From Takakia lepidozioides (taxonomy: Eukaryota > Plantae > Bryophyta): a stretch of 64,000 nucleotides of DNA. Made by a program: the position numbers and the translations under genes. Below, piece by piece: positions 39,389 to 60,658 of the stretch. The notes under the pieces are model-generated. The model did not search any database. It worked only from the letters and a program-made list of their open reading frames with translations, and was not told where the DNA came from. Positions within the stretch are counted from its first letter, which is position 1, and each line of letters begins with the position of its first letter. The DNA is taken from NCBI GenBank assembly GCA_030704615.1, contig CM060732.1, positions 47,554,001 to 47,618,000 on the forward strand, given 5' to 3'.

Positions 39389-39619
39389 CTGGGGATTTCC
39401 TCATAACTTCTTTCAATCCTACGGATGGAATATTCTATCTACACGTGTTTTGGATTGCGCAAATTTTTTAGCATCACGCCCTCCAAAACCCTTTGCGTTT
39501 CTCCAGGCAGAATAGGATCGAATACCGCGCCTACTACAATGCCATAAGAAGGACAGGGCAGGGAGTTCTCTCTGTCGCTGAGAAGAAACGAGAGGGCTCA
39601 AGTGAGAAGCATCGGTCGA

Positions 39620-42074
39620 ATGGGGCGGCCGCCATTGCTGGGCTTGCATGCACCCCTACACCATCTTCTTACAACCAGTTTCCGCCTCGGATCCCTGCTT
39701 TCCTTGAACTCCGGTTTGAATGACCACCCAACGTCTTCTTCACGATGTTTCCATTGTGTTGCTGCAGCAGTGCCTGCCTCCTTCAAGGTGCCCTTGAATA
39801 GATTTCTAAGCCACACGCAGAATGGGCAAGAAGACAATGTTTCTGATACCGGCTGCAGCAGTGAAGTGCCGAATGCAAGCAGCAGCAACGAAAGCGCCGT
39901 TGGGGTGGTCGATTTTCTTGGCTTAAGCGAGCGCGAGCTGCTTCTTCAGTGTAAAATGGATACGTATCGAGCATCTGGGCCTGGTGGGCAGCACCGAAAC
40001 AAGACCGAGAGTGCAGTCAGGCTCCGACACCTTCCCACGGGTCTGGTTTCACAGGTGTGGTCCGTCTTTCTTTCTTCTTCGTTGCATCTTTATCAATTCC
40101 ACCTTTTTTCTGTTGTGGAGTGGTTTTTTCTGCTGTTTGTCTCAGTATATGGGATGATGTGAAAGATTTGAGCAGAATTTAGATTGTTTACAAGAAATTT
40201 CCCTGATAAGCGTATCCATGCGGGGTCGGGTGACTGCACTTTAACTTAAGTCTGTAGGCTATTTACAAATTTTGGGAACCTTCTCCTGTTTTGTAGGGCA
40301 CATCCAGCGGTTTAAGGATCAGAGATGTTGGAGCTGTTTTATTGGGTTGTTTGTGAGTGTAATCTGGCAAGTAGGCACCGTTGAAATGCACAGCTCTACA
40401 AGCCTGAGGTCTCCTTACAATAAGGATGTCATGTCGGAGGTTGTCTTTTTTATTGGCTCGAAGAACCTGGGCTGGTTATTAATGAAGTGCATCTTGTGAA
40501 CTGAAGTAATGATTGCAAAAAAGCAGGCGTCAGAAGACCGGTCGCAGCATAATAACCGAACTCTGGCTTTGAATCGACTGCGGCAGCTGATTGCTGTTGA
40601 AGGTGCCCACCTTTACATGCAGGAACATTTGGACTCACGAACTGTGATCTGTTAAACAGGATTGAGAAAGTATTTGCATCTACCATGCTGACTCCATTGC
40701 CTATTCCTTGTTGAGCGGGGGATTTTTGGGGTTAGTCAGGCAGCCTGTGGAGCTAGAAGGTTACAAAGCTCCCCCTGAGCTGCTGCGAATTCTACCTCCG
40801 GGCTCAAAGACAAAAAGAGAGAGGGAAGGAGTGCAGCAGATAGGCCCTAATCACTGCGATTTTGTGCTGGTACCCTGCTGTGTGTTCTGGATTCTCTGTC
40901 TTTGTTTGCACATGTTACCCGTACTGTAGCTGGGAAGTTTCACTGTCTGTTTTTCTTACTGCGTCACACTGCTTCATTGTTAGCTGAGAGAGGGAGTTTG
41001 TCTGCAGCAGTGGCCTTACAGGTAGTCTTGTGCATCAAGCATAGACTTTGGTTTGATGAGTCCGCTTCAAGATCTGAATTCATAGCGATTTTGTGCACTA
41101 GCAACACCGTATTTAGGATGTAGATGGAAAAGTGATGGGAAGATTTGGCTAGAAGTCGAGACATTTGACATGGATCCATCTCTGCATTACAGGGACTGCA
41201 GGCATTGCTGGACCTGCTGTGGATGGTTAATGGGTCTATCTCCGAGTCTGCTACACTGCTGGGGTCAGTTACTATATCCTGTAAACTCGACTAGTTCATG
41301 ATGATGGCAAACAATTGTTGTGACCTTGAGGCCTTAAGTTTCACAGTCCAAACCTGCATGTCTAAAAAGCCTCCTCCAGACATCCTGTATTCCCCATGAA
41401 ACAGGGGGAGGCATACTCTACGGAGTGTGAAGTTTATTCGAAGTGGGATTGTCTTGTTACTGAATGGGCTCAAAGCTTGCAGAGGGCCATGCTCTGCTTG
41501 GATTCTGGCGCCAACCTGGTGCCTCAGGCCTGAACCGATACTCAACTGAATGATGACCTCGTAGGAGCTATGTGTGCAGTTGACTCTGAGTAGCTTCATT
41601 TCTAGAGTCGGTATTCTCCATCAGTGCTGTAATTTTGTAGATTTTCTGATCCTGTTTCATTGTGATCTTGTGGCATATTACGTCTACATTGGGGGTTCAA
41701 GATGTGCCTGGATTGACCTGCAGGGTGAGCACCGGGGCACTTTCAAGGCTGATTGTTTCGGATAGGCTATTGTGGAACGCCGTCAACAATCTCCGAGCTT
41801 TAAAAGTAAGCGCTTCATGGCACTTTCTTATTTACAAAAAAGGACAGTTTCAGTAGAAACGTCCTCCACTGAAGTACATATCACATATGTGTACACACAA
41901 AGGAAACGAAAGACGAAGGAGACAGAAGACAAGTGCTACATAATCTCCCTGCTGTGTGCACGGTTAGTCTTAGGTTGCCTACACAATCAGCAGGAACACA
42001 GACACAGTTTTGTGTGTGTTGATACACTCTCTTGATATCCGTTGCAGAAGTTGAAGCCTCTACGTGGAGCTTGA
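39620..42074 (+). CDS. GGQ class I release-factor family protein (organelle-targeted type), copy 3, intact; exons 39620-40054, 40527-40602, 40736-40869, 41193-41263, 41724-41805, 42048-42074
   Basis: Spliced frame is open: transit-peptide-like N-terminus, [76 protein letters not shown]. All junctions are GT-AG. Resembles Arabidopsis At1g33330 from memory. Confidence 0.85.
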
Positions 42075-42660
42075 AGCTGTGGGACTGAACTGACAAGTTT
42101 CCTATATACACCAACATTCATTTTTCTCAGAGGCGGCTGAATCTGGACAAGGAAGCAACTTCTATGGTAGTCCTCCTCTCTAGTATAGTGTGTGTATGTT
42201 TGTCTTTGGTTGATTCTTTGACTCTCTCTCCGTCTCTCTCCAGATCTGGGATACATGACCCGTTTCACCTCATTCTTTCAATGACATGGGTGCATTGCCG
42301 TATTTCTATTTCTGTCTTCACCAAAACGAGTTTTCTTGTGAATCTGGAGTTAATCTGGAGTTTTGTGAAAATGTCTAGCAACACTGGGTCTATCCAGCGG
42401 AAGCATTGTGGGCTGTGTACGTATGTTTGTCAATTGTGAGATTAGAGAAATGTGATCATCAGTTGTCGATGTCTGTTTTGCTCTTCACTCTCCCCGTTTT
42501 TCCCGCTTTCTTAGCATTTTAAGTGGATCGGTTAGCTGTAAAAGAAGCTGCAGGGGTGGAAAGGACATTGCGTCTAAATTTCCATTTTCTTCCGCCTGCG
42601 TTAAACTTAACCGATTCTTGACAGGGCTTTTGATTGCTCAATTTTTCAGCTTTTTTTTTT

Positions 42661-42729
42661 CCCAAACTAAGGGAGGAGGCAGAGGAGTATGTCAAGACAT
42701 GCACCACATGCCAACAAAACCGGAGCGAG
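42661..42729 (+). mobile_element. 69-bp exact copy of the chromovirus integrase (14067-14135)
   Basis: CCCAAACTAAGGGAGG...CAAAACCGGAGCGAG is identical and is preceded by T10. Confidence 0.95.
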
Positions 42730-43232
42730 GTTTCAACGATTGGATCAAGGCACGGACATACTAACGTTGGTGTTAGTTTTTCAGTGGAGTTGAGTTTCTT
42801 TCATTCATTCCAGTGAACCTCTTACAAAGGGAGAGGAGAGGGAGGGGTTGAAGGCATGGAGATGCTTGGGCTGAGATAGCCGGAGCCGCTTTTAGAGTCA
42901 AGGAGAACTAAGATATGAGCTTTTACAACCACGACGGCACCTGTTCCTGCTAATCGCGGGGTTCCCGGTAAGAGCAGGTTAGCGTTTGGAAACTTTTGCT
43001 ATTGCCACTATGATGCATGGGTATATATATTTTTAAATTTGAAAAGTACTTCTGTTGTAATGCATTCCAGAATACAGTGCACCACTATGTACAGACTACT
43101 GTCTCTCTCCAGTGAGTGCATGGCTTATGCAGTCTACTGTACTTACAGAGGTTACGGAGAGGCCCCCAAATTTTATGATTTTCAACTGTGCAGGTTGCCT
43201 GTTCCCGGAACTGGGAGGAATAAGTAGTTGAG

Positions 43233-44227
43233 ATGGCGGGCCGGAAGGAGAAAGCTTCCGCAACAGGTAAAAAGACTTTTATTTTTGCATGACTTTAAAA
43301 GGCCTTTAAAAGACTCTAGGTCACAAGCTTTACTTTATATATTTTTTTTATTCCATACTTTGTGACCTATATATGTCCTAATTTAGTTTATCGTTAGTTG
43401 TTTTGTAATTTTTTTGTAGGTGGATGAGAACGATCCTTTTGCGTTTCGTGAAAAGAAGACGAAGGTCTCCTTCCAAGTGAACGGACCAAAGCCTATGGTG
43501 TCCAAGCCACCACAAAGACTCAGAGGCACACCCTCACAAAATTCGTGACGGGACAGGTTGGAACAGCTAAGAAGTTCTCTTCTGATCGGGTAAGGAGGAT
43601 TCTGGCCTCTCTGGGCAGGGACAATATCACGATGAGACCCCTTGGGTCTCCATTGCGGGCCATCTCAGTGGATTTCGAACAGTCTCTTTTGGTCAAGCTA
43701 AAGATGGAGAGGAATGAATTTACCGAGGTCTTGGAGGCACAGAAGACCATTAGGGATGAATTGGCGCTGCTGAAGGTGCGGGAGAGGGAGAAGAGGGAGA
43801 AGGAGCGGGAACTTTGATTTGATGAAGACGGATTTGAAGGTAATGAAAGTTGAAACTCGTTTGTTTATGGAAGACGGGTATGAGGTGGCCGTGCGGGCGT
43901 TTTTTGACAAGGTCCTAGAGATTTTTTATCAGGCCGCGGGGGTGAAGGGTTCCACGGAAGTGAAGGCATCATGGTTAAAATCTCCAGCGGCTAATCGATT
44001 CTGTACCGGTCAGTTTCTCCCTTTTCCAGAGTTTGGGGAGGGGGGTTTGGTCTTGGATGCAGAGGTTTTGAGAGTTTTCAGAACTGCCAAGTTGGAGTCT
44101 TCGATGTTGAGCGCTGCGACTTGCCACAGCTCCAAACCCATTAAGGTTGCTATCGGCCTTGAGCAACTTGCCCAATTCAAGAATAATCGTATCTTTTATC
44201 AGCTGTTTCGTCAAGTATTTGACATTG
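43233..44227 (+). pseudogene. Orphan coiled-coil gene, copy B (left arm; frameshifted)
   Basis: Putative exon ATG 43233-43266 (MAGRKEKASAT), a GT-AG intron to 43419, then ORFs 43545-43817 and 43819-44241. Confidence 0.6.
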
Positions 44228-45165
44228 TTCAAGGCCGATAACAACCTTAATGGGTTTGGAGCTGTGGCAAGTCGCAGCGCTCAACATCGAAGACTCCAGC
44301 TTGGCAGTTCTGAAAACTCTCAAAACCTCTGCATCCAAGATCAAACCCCCCTCCCCAAACTCTGGAAGAGGGAGAAACTGACCGGTACAGAATCGATTAG
44401 CTGCTGGAGATTTTAACCATGATACCTTCACTTCCGTGGAACCCTTCACCCCTGCGGCCTGATAAAAAATCTCCAGGACCTTGTAAAAAAACGCCCGCAC
44501 GGCCACCTCATATCCGTCTTCCATAAACAAACGAGTCTCAACCTTCATTACCTTCAAATCCGTCTTCATCAAATCAAAGCTCTTCTCCCGCTCCCTCTCC
44601 CTCTTCTCCCTATCCCGCTCCTTCAGCAGCGCCAATTCATCCCTCATGGTCTTCTGTGCCTCCAAGATCTCGGTAAATTCATTCATCTCCATCTTTAGCT
44701 CGATCAAAATGGACTGTTCGGAATCCACTGAGATGGCCTGCAATGGAGACCCAAGGGGTCTCATCGTGATATTGTCCCTGCCCAGAGAGGCCAGAATCCT
44801 CTTTACTCGATCAGAAGAGAACTTCTTAGCTGTTCCAACCTGTCCCGTCACGAATTTTGTGAAGGTGTGCCTCTGAGTCTTTGTGGTGGCTTGGACACCA
44901 TAGGCTTTGGTCCGTTCACTTGGAAGGAGACCTTCGCCTTCTTTGCACGAAACGCAAAAGGGTCATTCTCATCCCCACCTACAAAAAAATTACAAAACAA
45001 CCAACGATAAACTAAATTAGGACATATATAGGTCACAAAGTATGGAATAAAGGAAATATATAAAGTAAAGCTTGTGACCTAGAGTCTTTTAAAGGCCTTT
45101 TAAAGTCATGCAAAAGTAAAAGTCTTTTTACCTGTTGCGGAAGCTTTCTCCTTCCGGCCCGCCAT
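44227..45165 (-). pseudogene. Orphan coiled-coil gene, copy C (right arm; 3'-truncated at the hairpin axis)
   Basis: 224-aa ORF at 44177-44851 plus an upstream mini-exon and intron as in copy B. Confidence 0.6.
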
Positions 45166-45369
45166 CTCAACTACTTATTCTTTCCAGTTCCAGGAACAGA
45201 CAACCTGCACAGTTTAAAATCATAAAATTTGGGGGCATCTCCGTAACCTCTGCAAGTACAGTGGACTGCATACCGCGCCTACTACAATGCCATGAGAAGA
45301 AGGACAGGCAGGGAGTTCTCTGTGTCGCTGAGAAGAAACGAGAGGGCTCAAGAGAGAAGTATTGGTCGA

Positions 45370-47845
45370 ATGGGGCGGCCGCCATTGCTGGGCTTGCATG
45401 CACCCCTACACCATCTTCTTACAACCAGTTTCCGTCTCGGATCCCTGCTTTCCTTGAACTCCGGTTTGCATGACCACCCAACGTCTTCTTCACTATGTTT
45501 CCATTGTGTTGCTGCAGCAGTGCCTGCCTCCTTCAAGGTGCCCTTGAATAGATTTCTAAGCCACACGCGGAATGGGCAAGAAGACAATGTTTCTGATATC
45601 GGCTGCAGCAGTGAAGTGCCGAATGCAAGCAGCAGCAACGAAAGCGTCGTTGGGGTGGTCGATTTTCTTGGCTTAAGCGAGCGCGAGCTGCTTCTTCAGT
45701 GTAAAATGGATACGTATCGAGCATCTGGGCCTGGTGGGCAGCACCGAAAGAAGACCGAGAGTACAGTCAGGCTCCGACACCTCCCTACGGGTCTGGTTTC
45801 ATGGGTGTGGTCCGTCTTTCTTTCTTCTTCGTTGCATCTTTATCAATTCCACCTTTTTTCTGTTGTGGAGTGGTTTTTTCTGCTGTTTGTCTCAGTATAT
45901 GGGATGATGTGAAAGATTTGAGCAGAATTTAGATTGTTTACAAGAAATTTTCCCGATAAGCGTATCCATACGGGGTCGGGTGACTGCACTTTAACTTAAG
46001 TCTGTAGGCTATTTACAAATTTTGGGAACTTTCTCCTATTTTGTAGGGCACATCCAGCGGTTTAAGGATCAGAGTTGTTGGAGCTGTTTTATTGGGTTGT
46101 TTGTGAGTGTAATTTGGCAAGTAGGCACTGTTGAAATGCACAGCTCTACAAGCCTGAGGTCTCCTTACAATAAAGATGTCATGTCGGAGGTTGTCTTTTT
46201 TATTGGCTTGAAGAACTTGGGCTGGTTATTAATGAAGTGCATCTTGTGAACTGAAGTAATGATTGCAAAAAAGCAAGCATCAGAAGACCGGTCGCAACAT
46301 AATAACCGAACTCTGGCTTTGAATCGACTGCGGCAGCTGATTGCTGTTGAAGGTGCTCACCTTTACATGCAGGAACATTTGGACTCACGAACTGTGATCT
46401 GTTAAACAGGATTGAGAAAGTATTTGCGTCTACCATGCTGACTCCATTGCCTATTGTTCCTGTATTAGAAGGTTCCTTGTTGAGCGGGAGATTTTTGGGG
46501 TTAGTCAGGCAGCCTGTGGAGCTAGAAGGTTACAAAGCTCCCCCTGAGCTGCTGCGAATTCTACCTCCGGGCTCAAAGACAAAAAGAGAGAAGGAAGGAG
46601 TGCATCAGATAGGCCCTAATCACCGCGATTTTGTGCTGGTACCCTACTGTGTGTTCTGGATTCTATGTCTTTGTTTGCACATGTTATACGCACTGTAGCT
46701 GGGAAGTTTCACTGTCTGTTTTTCTTACCGCGTCACACTGCTTCATTGTTAGCTGAGAGAGGGAGTTTGTCTGCAGCAGTGGCCTGACAGGTAGTCTTGT
46801 GCATCCAGCATAGACTTTGGTTTGATGAGTCCGCTTCAAGATTTGAATTCATAGCGATTTTGTGCATTAGCAACACCGTATTTAGGATGTAGATGGAAAA
46901 GTGATGGGAAGATTTGGCTAGAAGTCGTGAGACATTTGACATGGATCCATCTCTGCATTACAGGGACTGCAGACATTGTTGGACCTGCTGTGGATGATTA
47001 ATGGGTCTATCTCCGAGTCTGCTACACTGCTGGGGTCAGTTACCATATCCTGTAAACTCGACTAGTTCATGATGATGGCTAACAATTGTTGTGACCTTGA
47101 GGCCTTAAGTTTCACAGTCCAAACCTGCATGTCTAAAAAGCCTCCTCCAGACATCCTGTATTCCCCATGAAACAGGGGGAGGCATATTCTACGGAGTGTG
47201 AAGTTTATTCGAAGTGGGATTGTCTTGTTACTTAATGGGCTCAAAGCTTGCAGAGGGCCATGCTCTGCTTGGATTCTGGCGCCAACCTGGTGCCTCAGGC
47301 CTGAACCGATACTCAACTGAATGATGACCTCGTAGGAGCTATGTGTGCAGTTGACTCTGAGTAGCTTCATTTCTAGAGTCGGTATTCTCCATCAGTGCTG
47401 TAATTTTGTAGATTTTCTGATCCTGTTTCATTGTGATCTTGTGGCATATTACGTCTACATTGGGGGTTCAAGATGTGCCTGGATTGACCTGCAGGGTGAG
47501 CACCGGGGCACTTTCAAGGCTGATTGTTTCGGATAGGCTATTGTGGAACGCTGTCAACAATCTCCGAGCTTTAAAAGTAAGCGCTTTATGGCACCTTCTT
47601 ATTTACAAAAAAAGACAGTTTCAGTAGAAACGTCCTCCACTGAAGTACATGTTACATATGTGTACACACGAAGGAAACGAAAGACAAAGGAGACAGGAGA
47701 CAAGTGCTACATAATCTCCCTGCTGTGTGCAAGGTTAGTCTTAGGTTGCCTACACAATCAGCAGGAACACAGACACAGTTTTGTGTGTGTTGATACACTC
47801 TCTTGATATCCGTTGCAGAAGTTGAAGCCTTTACGTGGAACTTGA
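45370..47845 (+). pseudogene. GGQ release-factor family gene, copy 4 (beside intact MCM2), splice-damaged
   Basis: The exon 2 acceptor is AAGCAAGCAT (46271-46280) versus AAGCAGGC in the other copies. Substitutions include HRKK, ESTV and VSW at the exon 1 end. Confidence 0.75.
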
Positions 47846-49075
47846 AGCTGTGGGACTGAACTGACAAGTTTCCTATATACACCAACATTCATTTTTCTCA
47901 GAGGCGGCTGAATCTGGACAAAGAAGCAACTTCTATGGTAGTAGAAATTTCCAAGAAGAATCCTCAAATATCCATCCACATGAGGTGGTGTCAACTTGAA
48001 GGAAGAAACACTTGCAGGTAGAAATGGCGGGGCTAAACCTTACTGCATGAAATCGTGCACAAATATGGCAGTTCAGAATGTCTGCACATCGCACTAGACC
48101 AGGTAGCCTAGTGGTTGGGTGTTTGTGCCTTGCTTGTGCATAACCTAGGGGATCTAGGGTTGAAAGGGTCCACTTTCCAATGGAAGCAGTAATCCTTGGG
48201 AATCCTTGGGGATGAAGAGAGTATGATTTGCCCTCTCCCGGGGAGGAGTCCTCTTTCTTTCTTGTGAGGTGACTTGAACCTGACATGCATGTGGGACAAT
48301 CATAGAAAATACTCCATGAGCGACCCAAGTGTACTAAACAAAACAAAATAAGGGGCAAGACAAAACAACTAATTTCGGAAAAACATTAGGAGAACAAACT
48401 GAATTAAAATAAATGAAAAGCTTTTAATGTTTTATTGTATTTGTAGTCGCGTTTAGAATGTTTTTATATTCACTTTTTGAGGCCCACAAATTTATTTTCT
48501 CAGAAAAACAAACCATGAGATGGACTAAATCAAAATGATCTAGTTTACCAGGTCACTATAGAAGATTCTTTCCCCCATCTCTTTAGCTCGTTCTGTACTA
48601 TATAAACACATATATGAGCACTTGCATTTCCGTAGAAGGAAAAACAAAAATATCCCATATGTGCTTGAGCCCTGTTCAAAAGTGACCACCCAATTGCCCT
48701 CCAAGATGGCTCATGCAATCCCTCCTCCACTAACTTGAACTGATGGTGGTCTGAGCACTGGCCTACGCTGGAAGTGATTTCCCTATTTGTATAAAACAAT
48801 CCTAACCAAGTCCCATACTAGACTAACATTTCAGAGATTAGAATCGGGGTATTGCTTCCTAGCCTGAAATAGAAGTGGCTTCTAGCTGTTCAAAGTCTGC
48901 CAAAAGTTGTCACCAATCTATGTTTTATGCCACTCACACCTGTACCTATTTCAAGGGTTGAGTCCAGCTCAGACATGAGCTACTTCGCATATTAACCAGT
49001 CAAATCAGGGATTGCACTGTACATTAACGGATTGCTCTCAAGATTGCTCTCAAGATTAAACAAAGTTCTCACAAT

Positions 49076-58857
<9,782 letters not shown>

Positions 58858-59078
58858 GTCCAATGCGGGACTGTACGTTTTGTCAGGTAACAAATCAAGC
58901 GCCTTCTCTCACTTCCCTTCTTAACACAGAGATAATCATCTCGCCGAAAACCACAACCCCTTCCCTGCAAGACCCGCCGCCTTCCCAGTTAACCTGCGGC
59001 ATGATGTGAGTCCTGGGGAAGGGCAGAGACCAGGAAAGACAAGAGGTGGCCGACAAGGAAGCCAAAACAGGGAAGAAG

Positions 59079-59380
59079 AAATGAAATGAAATGAAATGGT
59101 GCTTAACGTCCGCGGCAAGCTCATAGAGCTTATGGGACAAAATGGAAGAAAACATGAGAGAGGAAACAACACCAGAGCCGAAGATAAAAACTACTGCTCG
59201 AGTGATTGTCTAAGACAAATGAAGCGGAAAGCTCATAGAGCTTATGCGACAAAATGGAAGAAAACATGAGAGAGGAAACAACACCAGAGCCGAAGATAAA
59301 ACTATTGCTCGAGTGATTGTCTAAGAGAAATGAAATGAAATGAAGTGGAACTTTATAACGTCCGCAGAAAGCTCAAAGAG
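59079..59380 (-). mobile_element. Cluster of three short LINE 3'-UTR-only copies with (ATTTC)n tails upstream of the MCM2 ATG
   Basis: AAGCTCATAGAGCTTATGGGACAAAATGGAAG...CATGAGAG at 59117 and 59229, and a partial copy at ~59369, shared with 4343-4390. GAAAT repeats at 59078 and 59327. Confidence 0.7.
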
Positions 59381-59744
59381 CGAAGAGAGCGAGCAAAGCG
59401 CGACAACTCACAAGTAGGGTTAGCGGTATTCGTGATTCCTCCTTTGAACCTTCCTTCCCCTCCTTCGTGACCTTTCTTCCCTGAAGCTGGTACCTTCTCC
59501 CACTCCTTCTTTCTCTCTCTCTCGCTCTCTCTCCCTATCCCTATCACTCAAGCTCTCACCTCTCTCCCTCTGCATGCAATTGCTCCAACTCCACACTATC
59601 CCTATCACTCAAGCTCTCACCTCTCTCCCTCTCTCTCTCTCTCTCTCTCTGCAGTGGCAACGGGCACCCGGGGGACGGCCGTGGCGTTGTGAAGGGTGAC
59701 CCGGACGGGACGCCCCGACCGAAGGTCCCTACCACACACAAAAA

Positions 59745-59768
59745 GCGCGGGAAAGTTTTGGCGGGAAG
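59745..59768 (-). promoter_or_regulatory. Paired E2F sites in the MCM2 promoter
   Basis: GCGGGAAA (TTTCCCGC on -) at 59747-59754 and TTTGGCGGGAA at 59758-59768. MCM genes are established E2F targets. Confidence 0.7.
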
Positions 59769-60133
59769 GCATACTATTCTCGGACTGTCTCCAGCCGTCG
59801 GATCCGAGATGCGAAATCCTCAAACCATAAAAAGGATAATAAAATCCAGTCACGAGCTACCCGTAAATAAAAGGTATTTATTATTTCTGTACGGAATGGG
59901 AGGACACAACGGATACACTGGTTGTCCGCTGTACAAATCTCAGCACATTCTTTTATCTGTCGTATGTTCGTAGTCCAAGTACATGACGTCCGTAGTCCGT
60001 ACGGTTGCCACATGTCTCCCATGCAACCAATAAATATGGAACATAGAAAGCATCACCCTGGGTACATGGGGTCCACATGTACCCTCCGTGTGAATCGCTC
60101 TTAACCGCCTCATTTTCTCAGGGACCATCCAGA

Positions 60134-60146
60134 CACGTGCGGGAAA
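60134..60146. promoter_or_regulatory. Overlapping G-box (CACGTG) and E2F-like site (GCGGGAAA)
   Basis: CACGTGCGGGAAA in the MCM2/SMT2 intergenic region; motif match only. Confidence 0.35.
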
Positions 60147-60523
60147 CATGATGTAGCAATGTGGACGACGGACGTGTTCCATGTCCTTGGACGTAAGTAT
60201 TTGGTGAGCGCCATCGGATCCCACATTCATCTGGAAACCTGTCATCCACTCGGACGATATATCCACCTACTTAGTATGTACGAGATAGTGTGCGTACGTA
60301 GGCATCTTAGTCGTAGATACGTACACGAGAGTGAGAGAGAGAGAGAGAGAGAGGGGGTAAAGGAAGGTTTGCAGACACCAGAAGGTTTACTCGTCTGCAC
60401 AGCGAGCTCTGTCGATCACAGAGCAGAGCAGCACTGCACATTGTATGCAGAGGAAGGTAGGGTGCTGGGAGTGTATGAGGCGATGGAGTCCGCATTGTGA
60501 GAGAGCAGCGGAGAGAGTGTGTT

Positions 60524-60548
60524 GAGAGAGAGAGAGAGAGAGAGAGAG
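60524..60548. repeat. (GA)n microsatellite in the SMT2 leader; similar tracts at 59628-59650 and 60333-60353
   Basis: Directly visible dinucleotide runs. Confidence 0.9.
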
Positions 60549-60658
60549 GCAACAAGTGGATTCGTGCTTGAGTTTTTGCTGAACTAGGCTGTGGAGGAGT
60601 GGTGTCGGAGTGGGAGTTGGTTGGGGGGGGGGGGGGTGGTATAGGGTAGGTGGAGGCG

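Larger units (their letters stand above)
35104..42171. repeat. Right arm of the ~7 kb inverted duplication (partner 1535-8583)
   Basis: Starts AAATGACAAAATTGG (reverse complement of 8569-8583) and ends CTTCTATGGTAGT. It has an 11-nt extra segment at ~37790 relative to the left arm. Confidence 0.97.
43126..45272. repeat. Fold-back inverted repeat: arms 43126-44166 and 44225-45272, 58-nt spacer
   Basis: TATGCAGTCTACTGTAC pairs with GTACAGTGGACTGCATA at the outer ends; TTAAGGTTGCTATCGGCCTTGAGCAA pairs with TTGTTCAAGGCCGATAACAACCTTAA at the axis. Confidence 0.95.
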
